64,000 nucleotides of DNA from the human T2T-CHM13v2.0 reference genome, Homo sapiens: assembly GCF_009914755.1 (NCBI RefSeq), contig NC_060941.1; one strand, given 5' to 3'. This document shows, in pieces, positions 1-15,325 of the stretch. Within the stretch, counting starts at the first letter, position 1. Every line of letters starts with the position of its first letter. Below the pieces are notes generated by a model. That model did not search any database. It was given only the letters and a program-made list of their open reading frames with translations, and was not told the DNA's origin. A program made the position numbers and the translations under genes.

Positions 1-185
1 TTGGCTCATTTAATTCTCACAGCGACTCTGGTACACAGATACTATTATTACTCATCTTTTACAGTTAATAAAACTGTAGCCCAGAGAGGTTAAATAAATT
101 GCCCGAGGTCACACAACTAAGTAGGTGGTAGAGCCAAGAATTAAACCTGGGCAGCCTGGCTCTAGCCTCTCCATGCTCATAACAT
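1..185 (-). mobile_element. MIR SINE fragment
   Basis: Reverse complement of MIR core (ctcatttaattctcac...cagagaggttaaataaattgcccgaggtcacac). Confidence 0.8.
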
Positions 186-186
186 C

Positions 187-1348
187 TTTTTTTTTTTTTT
201 AACTAATAAAAAAATTGTAATTTACTTAGAAGCATTCAGAATGCCAACAAAACAGCTGCAACTTTTTTTTTTTTTTTGCAATTACAGAGTGGTATTCAGT
301 TAACAGAACAATTGTTTCATATAAGCTGCATCAGAGACAATTGAAAATGAAAAAACTACCAACCCCATATATAACTTACATGTGCTGTGCACCAATAAGA
401 ACCTGCTTAAAATTTTTATGCCAATTTACAACCCCCATCCTGTACCAGGCAAGGTTAGTGGCTATGAAAATACCACCAGGACAGGGCTATCTAAAGACAC
501 TTTTGGTAGTGTGTTAACTATACAAAAGAAGACACCATACAGTTTAAAAAAATTCTTACACAGCCTTACATTTCAATTTTTTTCTTTAAAAGGAGTGAGT
601 TGTATACAGGGGGGTTAAATGCTTTATAGACAAGAAAAAAATCTGTGCTAGAACCAACTTATTCATCATCATCATCTTCTTCATCTTCCTCCTCCTCATC
701 CTCTTCATCTTCCTCATCTTCCTTGTTTTTCTTGCTTTTTCGGCCTTGGCAACTCCCTTTTTTGCTGCATCAGGCTTTCCTTTAGCTCAATATGCAGCAG
801 TATCCTTTTCGTATTTTTCCTTCAGCTTCGCAGCCTTCTTTTCATAAGGCTGCTTGTCATCTGCAGCAGTGTTATTCCACATCTCTCCCAGTTTCTTTGC
901 AACATCACCAATGGACAAGCCAGGATGTTCTCCTTTGATTTTTGGGCGATACTCAGAATACAACAGGAAGAACGCTGAAGGAAGCCTCTTGGGTGCATTG
1001 GGATCCCTGAACTTCTTTTTTGTCTCCCCTTCAGGAGGGACGTAGGTTTTCATTTCTCTTTCATAATGGGTCTTGTCTGTCTTTGCCATATCTTCAAATT
1101 TTCCCTTCTGTTTAGCAGACATGGTCTTCCACCTCTCTGAGCACTTCTTAGAAAACTGAGAAGTTGACTGAAGCATCTGGATGCTTCTTATGCTCCTCCC
1201 AACAAGTTTGCACAAAAAATGCGTATGACAACATCTTGCCTCTAGGCTTCTTAGGATCTCCTTTGCCCATGTTTAGTTGTTTTTCCACAGCGAGGCACAG
1301 AGTCACCCAGTGCCTGTCTGGCTCTCGCTTGCCCCGGCGCTGTCTCTA
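187..1348 (-). pseudogene. Processed HMGB1 pseudogene (5'UTR, CDS-equivalent 659-1270, 3'UTR, polyA)
   Basis: ATG at 1270 gives [13 protein letters not shown]. Intronless. 2-nt deletion near 1157, CGA>TGA at 787-789, a further frameshift near 737, acidic-tail codons to ~660, poly-T 187-200. TSD-like tcataacatcttt (177-189) / tcgtaacctcttt (1349-1361). May be the copy I recall as HMGB1P24; not verified. Confidence 0.95.
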
Positions 1349-4244
1349 TCGTAACCTCTTTAAGTTATGTGAAAGTTACAATGCTGCCCGCCCCACAGTG
1401 AGAGCTAAGTAATCTCTCCTTCCCTTCTTGAGCCTCCATGACTTTCATGCTGTGTTTCACAGAGTCATGGGTGGGTGAGCATGGAGACTACACAGTGCAG
1501 GTCCCTGGTGTAACAGACAATTCCCACTCCTGAGAGGAACTCTGGTACTGTGCCTAACAGAGTCAGCTATGACAACTTCACATTTCATACTGCATAGCTG
1601 CAGAAAAATACATATATGAGAACCAGAGAGAAATGTAACTTACTTGCACCAAGTCTCAAAAGCAAGATTAGCAGAATTAGCCCCCTACCAAACTAATGGC
1701 CCTAGTCATACCCATCACATAACTTCTTTTTTCCTGGCAGATTCAGTGGAAATAGGGGCCTGATCTCGCTAAGGGGGATGAGAGTATAGGATTTTTTTTT
1801 TTCTAAAAAAGAAGCAGAGCTTTAAAATACAAGAAAAGTCACATATCATCTCCTGGTGAATCTATCACCTGCATATCACTGCCTTTGGCATATACCTTAC
1901 CTTCACAGTCAGTTAATGTCCACAGGACAACCATAAACTGCATATTCTTATTTCTCTGGATAGAGAATGTGCTCTCTCTCCCCAAGTCTGGGGCAATGGA
2001 TTGAGAGCTAGTAGGCTCCAGTACACATCAGTGTTCCTTTACAATACTAGCTCTTCCCAGCCTATCTGCCACCTAACACTATGTTAAACATACTAATACT
2101 TTTACCAGGAAAGGGAGAAAAAAATAAAGTAAAAAGGAAACTGAGAGGAAGAGTGGTGGGAGGAGGGAAGTAAATATGATCATCTCTGCAAATGTCCAGT
2201 GGCAAATAGACTTAAGAGTTTATGACTCTGCAATCATCTCAGCTCCTTAAGGGTGCATCTTAACAGTTCCCCAAGTACACAGGTTACTGCCTTTGCCAGG
2301 CCAGCATGACTCCCTTCAAGCAGGGTAATTTGCCACACACATCAGGTCTGCCACGCAGTGAGGCATTTTAAGGAATCTGTCACCCACAGCCTACAGTTCC
2401 TAGAGTTAGGATCTACTACCTTGAGTGACATGAAATAGCAAGCCCCTAGAAACTTCTCTTATTAATGTCATCATTCTCACGACATTTGGACAAACAGGAA
2501 AACGACCGGACCACCTTCTCTTAGGCTTTACAGACCACTAAGCAAAGAGGCCTGAGCTTTCTTCAGTGAAACTTAGGGACATGAAAGTTCATGTTCTGAC
2601 CCTGATCTAGTCTCTCTCAATGAAACTAAGTCACTTTCCCTTCTGTTTTTGCCTTCCTGTCTACGAAATATAGCCCTGATACCATTAGCCCATTCCAGAA
2701 GATAGCAAGGAACCAGACAGATATTCTTGACTGAATTTCAAGCAAACCCACTTGGGCTGCTTCTAATCACCAGCCTACTGCCTTTAGTTCTAATGTCAAA
2801 TGTGCTTAGTAACACTCAATAAAATCCAGATACTACAACTCATCTCAATTTGGGTAATATTTTGAATATTTTACAAATAACTGCAGGCAACAAAGCAAGA
2901 CAGACATGGAAAGAAGATACACAAATGGTGAGTTCACAGGGGGAAAAGGATAAAAATACGAAGGTGGGAAGCACTTCCTGGTTTTGGAATAAAAGACACA
3001 GTGGCAAAGGATGGCGTCCATGAATAAAACATGTAAGTATACAGAAAAACCACCAAAAGTAAAAAAACAGGAAAACACCAGAAAATATTTATTTTATATG
3101 AAGGTTACTACTGTTGGCTATAAAAAGAAATCCTTTAAAAAGTAAGAGTCTTTGGAAGCAAAAGATAGGAAGGTGTAAACTAATTAAAAACAGGCTAATG
3201 ACAGGCAACATCATGTGTATGCCAAGATGGAGTATAGCCATAAAAGCCAGGCGCACACATGCAATGTATTAAGTTGAAAATGCATGTCTCTTCAGCTTCA
3301 TATCTATTAAAGGAAGAAACAATTTACAGGTTGCTGCATTATGGGAGTATGATATGTGGAGTGTCAACCTTTTCTCTTCAAACTGAACCATGTTAAGTAA
3401 AATCAATGATGGGGTTTGGGGGGTAGGGGAAGGAAGGGGAAAAGCAGGGAGAAAGAAAGTTTTTAAAAATCTCTGCCTCAGCAAAAGTTTTCATTAAAAT
3501 TTTAGACAAATCATCCCTGTGTCCTTCTCCCTTGCTGCCTGGGGCTCCATGCTATTTCTATGCAAATAACAACCTCGTGGTTTATATCTTATTATTTCCA
3601 CCGGAGCTGCAGCGACATGACCTGAGATGTGTAAGAGGTGGGGGGGAAGGGGGGGGCAGAGGAGGGGATTTGGAGAGGAGAGAGAAAGGGAGAGAAGAAG
3701 GAGGGGGGAGAGAGAGAGAGAGGGTGTTCACTCAAGTGTGAAAAAATATTGTCAGGAGTGAGCATCAAGAACAAAAAAAAATTGCAGGGATAACGTGTTT
3801 ATTTCAGTCCCCCCCAAAACCCCCCAACCCCCCTTCCTGCAAACCAGCACCTTTTAAAATTCATTGGGCATCAGGCGATCATGCACAATCCATCTGCTTT
3901 CACTTTATCATTTGCATTTCATGCCTCCTGGCTTTTGATGTGCTGATACTTTGATGCAGTCAGGAGACGTGCATTATCATTATTTCAATTTTCAAAGGGG
4001 TCAACAGGATCGGCACTTGCACACACAAGATTTTTTTCCCCTACAACCTCTGAACACCCCCACTCCTTATTCTTCACCCCAATGTTTAACATAAAGGATG
4101 AAGACTCAAAAATGTGGGGGTCAAATATTTACAGTCTAAGACTGTATATAAGCTTGCATGTCTCCTACATTTCCACCTTACACAGGTACATACTATGAGC
4201 AAAATGGCCAAGGCTTAAGAAAGGAGGCTCTATAATGTTTCAAA

Positions 4245-4490
4245 AACACAAAGACTTTCTCACACATGAACACACAGGGCGGCACACAGACAGAGAAAGA
4301 GGGGGATCTATACGCAAGACACAGACACAAAGAGACAGAAAGATCAGCACCCACACAGAAAGAGACATGCACTCAGGGTGACTTGCACACACCCAAAGTA
4401 CACAATACAGAGAGATACCTACAGAAAGAAAGGCAAACAGAGATGAAGAAAAACACCAGCACACACAAAGACAACACACAGAAGGAGTGA
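4245..4490. repeat. Degenerate CA/GA-rich low-complexity tract
   Basis: Interleaved acac and agag runs. Confidence 0.6.
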
Positions 4491-5718
4491 GTCAGAGGAA
4501 GCCATCTGAGCATGGTAGTTTCCTTTTTTCATACCTTATAGGCAAAGGGGCTAATAGGATATTCTGAACGAATTTGCATAAAATCGGGTGTCTTCAGCAG
4601 CACAGCTCTATACTTAAGAGGAGCTGACATGAAGATAGTGAAGCAGGCAGAGCAACATTAGGTAACCTCTGTATCTGATCACTCCCTTCAGCTAAAAACA
4701 AATATGCCCTTTTGGAAGTGAGCATTGTTTGGTAAGTTAAAGCTATAGCTTTATTTATCTTTCACCCTGTAACTAAGCTTTTGTTTTAACAAGCAGCCCT
4801 GTAAGCTATGACAGTGAATATAATGAATTTGATTAGAACAATTCAATCAGATTTTAAGAAATCAATCTCTAATGTTTCTTCATGGCACAAATGAAATTCA
4901 ACTAGCAAGTTTTCAAGCAAAACAAAACCAAAAACCCAACATCTGCTTTTTGTAATATTCTTTGTATATAATATAGTATCGGGGCAGGGGGGAGAAAGAA
5001 ACTCAATATAAGAAGATATATTTCAGAAATTAGCTCTCTGACTGGGTATGGGAACATCATGGAAATATAGGTTTTTAAAGTACCATTATCTATGAGAACA
5101 GAATTTTTAAAATCTTTCAAAAATTCTGTTCTCATAGATAATGGTACCTAAAATTATCTTTGGCATTCATCAATATCTCATCCTAAGAAGGTATCCAAAA
5201 GAGCAACTTAAAAAAAAAAAAAACAACAACCTTAAGACTCTCAGCAGTTTCTCCCACTGCAATAATAATCTTCAGTAGTAGTGGTTCACAACCTTTATTT
5301 CCAGGCTACTCTCCAAAAAGGGAGGAAGACAGCCAAGTTCGCCACTGTTAGCACTGCTGTGCCTTTCCTTGATGAGAAAAGCAAGCCCAGAGGAGGATAC
5401 AGAGTTCATATGAATGCACAGAGCAAGCTGATCGCATCAAATGATTCCTCTAATTTCTGACATCCACAAAATCTAATTAAACCAATGGAATTATCAACTT
5501 TTTCCTAAATGGGAATGACAGAACACTTAATTCTTACCCTTAAACTTGAAAGTCAAGACTTGATAAAAAGTTCCTGCAAGTGGAGTAAACATAATATCTG
5601 ATACAATTTAGTATGTGTATTAACTCCATAAGCTCAATCACCAAATCATGTTAGAGAGAGGAACGGGAAACTGAAATTTGAATGTGGGCCAACACTTTTT
5701 GCCAAGAACTAGGTACTC

Positions 5719-5834
5719 TTTTTTTTTTTAAGAGATGGGGTCTTACTATGTTGTCAGGCTGGATTCAAACTTCTGGGTTCAAGCTATCCTCCTGTTTCGG
5801 CCTCCTGAGTAGCTGGGAATCTAGGCATGCCCAG
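5719..5834 (-). mobile_element. Alu monomer (FLAM-like)
   Basis: Alu left-arm sequence; TSD agaactaggtact at 5705-5717 and 5836-5848. Confidence 0.85.
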
Positions 5835-5849
5835 TAGAACTAGGTACTT

Positions 5850-5970
5850 TTACTTATGTTTTCTCATTTGAGCTCCACATTATTTAAAGGTTTAAATTAT
5901 TATCCCCCTTTGACAGATAAGAAAGCTGAGGAGCTGAGAGGTTATATAAGTTGCACAAGGGCAGTCAGCC
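5850..5970 (-). mobile_element. MIR fragment
   Basis: ttattatcccctttgacagataagaaagctgag...agaggttatataagttgcacaagg. Confidence 0.6.
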
Positions 5971-6544
5971 TCAGAATATTCCATTATACTTTTCTGGCCC
6001 TGAAGAGAAAATAATTTTCCTATGCTTGCAAAGATGTCAGAACTGCACTGTCCTTTATACATTCAGGTATTCTTGGATAGTTTTCACTCTTTCGAGCAGT
6101 GACCTTGCCATCCATTTTTTTCCCCTTTGGAAAAACCCTTGTGAAGTTGGACTAAAAAGGCACAAATCTTTCTTTGGAAGGGAAGATAAATCTTTATGCA
6201 TACTCTTTCCCAGTAACCCATCCATGCATCCATCCACCCATCTTCCCACTCAATATTTGCCAAATATTTCTTCTATATACAAGAGACCACCATCGGTGCC
6301 CTTTTCGAGAGGTGTATTTACAGATTTCACAAAATCATTAAAACTTGATAGTCTCAACACCTAGGCCGGTACCTAATTCATGATGTAGGCCTGAAATGGG
6401 AACCAGCACAGCTGGAATCAGAGACAGCTCAATGTCTGTGTATAGATCTCCTCACATCTTTTACTAATAGATTAAGAAAAAGAGAGAAGTGGGACAGAAC
6501 AGAAGCGTTCAATTAATTCTGTCTTTCTACAACGACACTAAAAC

Positions 6545-6675
6545 ATAAGCACTTTAGAGCAGCGGTTTTATATGGTTTGTTCACTAACATATACACAGGG
6601 CTTGGAACAGTGCCTAGAAAACAGTAAGTACTCAAAATAGTTGATAAATGAAATGAATGAATGAATGAATGAATA
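6545..6675 (+). mobile_element. L2 3' end
   Basis: gaacagtgcctag...gtactcaaaatagttg followed by (aatg)n tail. Confidence 0.7.
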
Positions 6676-6842
6676 AAAAGGCAAGCAAGTCAATGGGCAG
6701 AAAAGATGGAGGGAGAGGGGAAGAGATAGACTGAGGAAGGCACGGATTGAACTGCTTCCTTCCAATCAGGATCTTGAATTAAGAATTCACACAATAATCT
6801 TCAATCAGCTATGCATACTTCTTCAAAACCCTAGAAACTTAC

Positions 6843-6953
6843 TTTGTTGAGGGCTCCAGCTCCTGTTAGAATTAAGTGAGAATTCTCAACCTGGATGGTT
6901 CTCTGTCCCAGCCGGACAAGGTAAGCCCCAATCCCAATGGCCCGGCACGTCAC
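6843..6953 (-). CDS. ACACA: ACC1 exon, 111 nt: [37 protein letters not shown]
   Basis: CT-domain [12 protein letters not shown] motif; aAG acceptor, GTAAGT donor. Confidence 0.97.
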
Positions 6954-7114
6954 CTTAGAAAAGAATAAATTCTACATGTCACATATTTATGTCCTCTCTG
7001 AAGCTATAAGAACTAAGGCATAGATAAGTAAAATCCAAATTAACAGAAATAAACATTGCTTTTTATGAAGTCTATTTGATTGACAACAACACACACACAC
7101 AAATTTCATGGTCA

Positions 7115-7742
<628 letters not shown>

Positions 7743-7750
7743 GAAAGAGG

Positions 7751-8112
<362 letters not shown>

Positions 8113-8279
8113 TTATATTATCCTATCTTCCTATTATCATGTGTGATTAAAATATAATTATAGACATACAATCTTCAAGAAATGCTCTCATTTGGGACTG
8201 AATAGCAGTGATAAGAGAAAAAAATAAACCTAGCCACACAGCCAGTTCTTCAAAAATTTCACATTCTGGAAAGATTTAC

Positions 8280-8400
8280 CAGGCTGATGGTAATGATCTC
8301 ATTATAGGCCAATGAGGATTCTCCAGCAATCATTCCAGAACCTCGAAGGTTCTCGGGTCCAATTCCCTCTTCTTTCCCAATAATATCTGTTATCTTGTAC
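8280..8400 (-). CDS. ACACA: ACC1 exon, 121 nt: (R)[40 protein letters not shown]
   Basis: atAG acceptor, GTAAAT donor, phase 2-0. Confidence 0.96.
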
Positions 8401-8643
8401 CTATTGGATATGGCCATGTCAAATTATGAATGTTAAACACAGTAACAACAAGCCATTAAAAGAATAATCACCAATAAAAGGCGGCTAAAAGTGTATTGAA
8501 AGCTTATATTTAATGCCAGGGCTTTATGTGCTTCCTTTTATACTCTTCATTCATATGTCTTTCCTTCTTAGCTTGGTGCCTATTTTACCTGGAAGCAACA
8601 TGGTTTAATAGAAAGAGCGAAATCTGGAATTAAGCAGATAGCC

Positions 8644-9073
<430 letters not shown>

Positions 9074-10282
9074 AAGCAGATAGATTTAAATCCTTGCTCT
9101 GATACACACAGGAGTGTGACTCTAGAAATAATAATAACTTCTACAAAATGGGAATAATAATATCTACCTCTAAGGGTTGACAAGAAAGTTAAACTAAAGC
9201 AAACAAGGAAAAGGTTTGATGTTATAGATGGCCCTCGGATTTTAGATGCCCTCTCTTATTTTCTAGAACAAGTTTCTTAAAAGCAAGGTCAATGTATATC
9301 TCTATAATGAGCAAAAGGCATCATATCAACAATTTTAGACAATTTTACGTAGGAAGAGAATATCCAAACAGAGCGGTAGTGAGAATGCTCAGCTTAGTTT
9401 CTCAAGTCAAAAATCCTCTTCTAAGGTAGGATGAAGCAAAGGTCAAAATACTGAACTCCCATTCATACTCCTTCATAAATATCAAGTATATACACAAGGG
9501 TCCCTGGATATGTCCTCTGGAGGGGAAGGTGGAATGTGTGTAGAAGTGAAATGCTGACCAAGTTGTCCAGAAAGCATCCTGTGGATCTAGTGGGAGTCAC
9601 TCATCTGTCTTCCTGGCAGGGGATTAGGAGTGATAGCTGATAATGGGAAATGGGAGATGGGGAATGCAACTAATAAAAGAAAGGAAAAATACAAAGTTGG
9701 AAGTAGAGATGGGCATATATTATTTATTGTTCCACGTGTACCCAGAAGGCTTGGCAGTGGGCACAGTTTTATAAATTGAAATAATAAATAAGTACCCCAT
9801 AGTGGCTCTTAAAATACTTCCTCCTGCCCCCATATTTTCCTGCTCCCTTCTTCATTTCCAGCCCTCCATCAATTCTTTTTCTTTGCCCTTGCTGTTGGTC
9901 TGTGACTTTGCATCTCTGCTTCCCAGATTCTGCTGCCTTTCTATTTTTAGCCTCTCCTAATATCCAATAATTTCCCAGTTCTTCCTTTTGTTCTGTATCT
10001 AGACTCTATCCTAAAGTTATGTCAGAAATGAGGCTACTGTCCCTTAAGGGGGTTAATTAACTACATTAATTGTATATGTGTTTGTGTGCCTGTTTGTATA
10101 AGGTCCATATAGTCATAAATATTCAAGGACCCAGCCAGACTTGCCTGTAACAAACTCAATATTCATAGATTCCAGAAATGAAGAGTTAAAAAATATCATA
10201 GGGGAAAATCCCATTCAGAGTAGCAAGAAAAAATGCAAAATATTTAGAAATAAGCATGAAGAAATTGGCAGAATCTCACCGT

Positions 10283-10799
10283 AACTATATTGTGTCTCAG
10301 GGCACCATGATGAACTCCCAGAAGCACTACAAGATATTTTAAATTTTTGAGAGAAGCACTATTATATGTGGTATCTGTGACCCTATGTGAACTACTAGCT
10401 TTAGATAGTTCATAGTAGTTCACAGTTTAACGTTAGAATGGTGCTACATTCCTTTTGAAAATGTCCTGTCTTTGCAAGCTAGATTTTTGAAGTTTCTGTG
10501 AAAACTCAATGAAGAACAAGAAATGTGGGTGGCTATATCCAAGCTGATTCCAAGGTTTGAGAGGTTATGCAGACACAAATATCTCATTAGTAAGAAACTG
10601 TAATTATTTAAGAATAAATTTTTTCGATTTATGTATATAATTTTTTCAAATGATTATTAAGTTCTTAGGACGCAAATACTTATTGTTTAACTACCTAATA
10701 AGCAGAAATATTAAGTATATCTTATAGCCCAGGGGTGCTATGAAAAAATTACTGAGACACTAAGGATGCCATGAACCAAGAAAGTTTGGGAACCTCTGG
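10283..10799. mobile_element. hAT-Charlie-like DNA transposon relic within old L1 fragments (~10150-11000)
   Basis: Terminus ...gccatgaaccaagaaagtttgggaacctctg resembles Charlie-family ends; flanks resemble the L1 ORF2 3' part. Confidence 0.55.
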
Positions 10800-11003
10800 C
10801 AAAACCTATATGAAGAAAACTACAAAACGTAAAAACAAAACAAAAAAAACCCCACTCATATAAATGGAAAAACATACCCTGTTTCTTTTTGGGGAAAGTT
10901 AGTATTATGAAGATGTCACTTCTTAAATTAATGTGTAAACTCAATACAATCTGAATCAAAATCATTATGGAACTTTTTTGGAATTAGAAAAACATGAGAC
11001 TCT

Positions 11004-11297
11004 AGCCAAACACAGTGGCTTGCACCTGTCATTGCAGCTACTTCAGAGGTTGAGGTGGGAGGATTATTTGAGGTCAGGAGTTCGAGACCAGCCTGGGGAA
11101 CCTAGCAAGACTCTATCTCTAAAATTAAAAAAATAATTAGCTGGGCATGATGGCACCTGTCTATAGTCCCAGCTACTTGGGAGGCTGACATGGGACAATC
11201 TCTGAAGCTCAGGAGTTTGAGGGTTTAGTGACCTATGATCACACCACTGCATCCCAGCCTAGGCAACAGAGTAAAACCCTGTCTCTAAAAACAAAAA
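11004..11297 (+). mobile_element. AluJ-like
   Basis: Diverged dimer. Confidence 0.85.
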
Positions 11298-11454
11298 CCC
11301 TCTACATTAAAAAAAGCAAAAGTAGCCAATAATACTTGAGGAAAAATTAAAAATGTGAGAAAATTTGCCTCACTAGAATAGTTTAAATAGTGTGGTATTA
11401 GCCCAAGAGCAGACAGACAGAACAAAAAAACACAAAAGAGTAAATTTTCAGTAA

Positions 11455-11775
<321 letters not shown>

Positions 11776-12661
11776 AAGCAATTAACATTCTTAAAAATAC
11801 TTGCAGATAGATTATATAAAAACATTCAACTTCACTGGGAGTCAAAAATACAAGTTAAAATAACAATTGCCATTTTTATTCCATTTTATTAATTGATAAT
11901 AATCAATGTTGGCAGGGGTGAAGAAAAATTAAAGAGGGAAACAAATCCTATTCTACACTGCTGACAGAAATGCAAATCTTGGGAAGGCAATTTAAAATTA
12001 TTTTTTAAAATCCTTAAAAATTGACTTTTCGACCTGCAATTTCTCTTCTAGAAATTAACCAAAAAGGGATGATCAGAGCTTTTAATTCCTAAAAGTTTAT
12101 ATGAAACTTATATAAATGTCCCTTAAGTGGGTTCAGCCAAGGGATGTGAAAAATTAGAAATAGTCTGAATGTTCAAATATATTTATTATAATAAAATACT
12201 ATGTAGACATTAAGCATCATATTCTTAAATAATGTTTTAAGAATACACGAAATTTCCCCAAAAATAGTTTTTAGTGAAAAGGATAAATTATAAAAGAAAT
12301 TCTTGTTATAATCTCAATCACATAGAAAAAAGATATGTCTATAGAAAAGACAGCAAGTGTATAACATAAATTCATAATCGTGGCCTGAAGGTGGGATTGT
12401 GGCTAATTTTTTTTTCTTTATAATTGTTTACATGTTTCAGTTTTTCTAAAATGAATTAAGTATTATAAATTTAAAAACTTCAATCAATAACCCAAGGTTC
12501 TTCAGCTAATAAGTGGTAGAGCTGGATGTAAACCTAAAACATCTAGATTATGTCATCTTCAATGTTCTTCAAGGTTATGAACAGCTGTACAATATGGAAA
12601 AAAATACCATATTCTCCTTTCTTTAGTCATGACCAAATTATTCCAATACATATATACCTAC

Positions 12662-12759
12662 CTGGATTCTCCTTCATCTTCCACGTGTTCACAATGGACA
12701 GAGTTGAGAGCACTGACTCTCTTATAATCTTGAGGAGTCAGATATAAATACCTGTATCC
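12662..12759 (-). CDS. ACACA: ACC1 exon, 98 nt: [32 protein letters not shown](R)
   Basis: acAG acceptor, GTAGGT donor, phase 0-2. Confidence 0.95.
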
Positions 12760-12926
12760 CTGTGAAGCACAAATAGTTTTTAACTCATTATTTGCCATTG
12801 TCATATAATCAGAAGATACAGCAAAGCATACATAATGAAGCTTGTTCCACAGCTAGCTTTAAATTGCCACATCACTTCTTAGGTTTACTGTCTAACAGAA
12901 TACTAGCACAGACAGTCCTCCTTTGA

Positions 12927-13369
<443 letters not shown>

Positions 13370-14510
13370 TCATTTTCTGATCTTTAGTGACATCTCTATT
13401 AAAGATATCAACATGTAATTAAAGAATTGTGTGAATTACTATTTTTCACTCTCTCAAATCCACAGGATCATCAAAATAAATATAAGCAAGGGATAACAGA
13501 AAACCGCAAATCTAGGAGATTCAATATTAAAATCAGAAGTCTACACAGTGCTAATAGTGAACACTGAACTCAGATCTTTTGTTTTTTCAATAAACAACTC
13601 CTAATGCCCATTTACATGTAAACAATTATACTAACATTTCATAATTGATTTATATGTATCTATACACACAGCCACATACAAAGTAGAGTTACATGGTATA
13701 TGTGTTTAACTTAAGTGAATTAGTCACTCAGTCAAAAAAATAAGTAAACACAGGGAAGCATTTTAAATACTATGAGAAATTATGCCCACCATTTAACTCA
13801 ATAAATGTATGTCCCACAGTGAGCACAACACGGAAAAGACATAAATCTGCGATTGGTCTTGCATGATTTGTGTTGAGAATGCCTGACAGCACTGAGTGTC
13901 ATTAGTATGTCAGTCAGTACACATTTACTGAGTGCCTATTATGTACAAGGTACTATTCCAGGCACTGGAAAAACAGGAATTAACAAAAATAGACAAGAAT
14001 TCCTACCCTTATGAAACATACCTCCTACTCGGAAAGTCAGGAAATACACAAAATAAGTAAAATGTATAATGTAAATGGGAATAACGTTTAAGGAAAACAA
14101 AATGAAAGAGAAGGTAGACAGTCGAACTTTTAGAAAAAATAACCAAGGAAAGCCTCATTGAAAAGTGTCATTTGAGTAAAGACCTAAAGGAGCTGAGGCT
14201 ATGAGACATGAGGATATCTGAGGAAAAAGCATTCTAGGTAGAAGGAGCAGCAAGTACAAATGCACTGAGGCATGATGTGCTTCGCAGGTTTAAGAAAGCA
14301 GAGTCGGGTAGAGCCAATGTGTGGAATGGTCAGGGGAGGCTGTAGCAAGAAATGAGGGCAGAGTGGTACTGGAAAGCCAATCTATGTAAGGCCTTGTAGG
14401 CAACTATATGATCTTTGGCTTTTACTTGAATGAATTGGGAAGCTATTAAAGGGTTTTAAGTGGAGAAAAATTTTGTGATCTGATTTATATTTTAACTAGA
14501 TCATTCTATC

Positions 14511-14821
14511 TTTTTTTTTTTTTTTTTTTTTTTGAGCAGAGTCTCCTTCTGTCACCCAGGCAGGAGTGCAGTGGTGCGATCTTGACTCACTGCAACCTCT
14601 GCCTCCTGGGCTAAAGTAATTCTCCCACCTCAGCCTCCCAAGTAGCTGGGATTACAGGCATCTGTCACAATGCCCAGCTAATTTTTATATTTTTAGTAGA
14701 CAGAGGGTTTCACCATGTTGGCCAGGCTGTTCTCGAACTCCTGACCTCAAGTTGATCCATCTGCCTCAGCCTCCCAAAGTGCTGGGATTACAGGCATGAG
14801 CATGAGCCACCACACATGGCC
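14511..14821 (-). mobile_element. AluS
   Basis: Full dimer; TSD tcattcta. Confidence 0.9.
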
Positions 14822-15325
14822 TCATTCTACATTCTGTTGAGAACAGACCTTGGGTGGGGCTGGGAGCAAGGCCAGAGGCAGGAAGACCAATTAGGAGGGT
14901 ACTGCAATATGCAGGTAAGAAGAGTTAGACTACTGCTACTGCTAGTAAGTAGCTGTGGAATTTGTTAGAAGTACTCAGATTCTGGATATATTTTAAGGTA
15001 GGGATGTAAACATGATTTACTGTTTAGATGGATGAATGGGGTGTGGAAGTGAATGTGGGGTGTGCAAGAAAGACAGAAGTCAAGAATAACTCCAAGGTCT
15101 TTTACTTGAACAAATGAAACAATAGAGGTACCATCTGTTGAGACAGAAGACTGTGGGAAGAACACATTAAAGGAAGATTAGAAGCTACAATTTAGGCAGA
15201 CATTTAGGCAGATGTAAGTAGAGATGTTGAGTCTGGATATATGAATCTTGTGTTCAGGGGTAAGATATAAATTTGGAAGTTTATCAGCTTGTACATGAAA
15301 CTTAAAGCTTTAAAAGACTGGATGA

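Noticed and set aside
787-1215. 142-aa HMG-box ORF as a functional retrogene
   Set aside because: Starts at a GTG out of frame with the true ATG; frameshift, premature TGA and loss of the acidic tail indicate a pseudogene
1895-1957. 55-nt pseudo-exon (ctctatccAG ... AAG|GTAAGG, minus strand)
   Set aside because: Splice-like pair expected by chance in long introns; nothing else supports it
10386-10424. 11-bp inverted repeat tgtgaactact...agtagttcaca
   Set aside because: Inside a DNA-transposon relic, where such palindromes are expected
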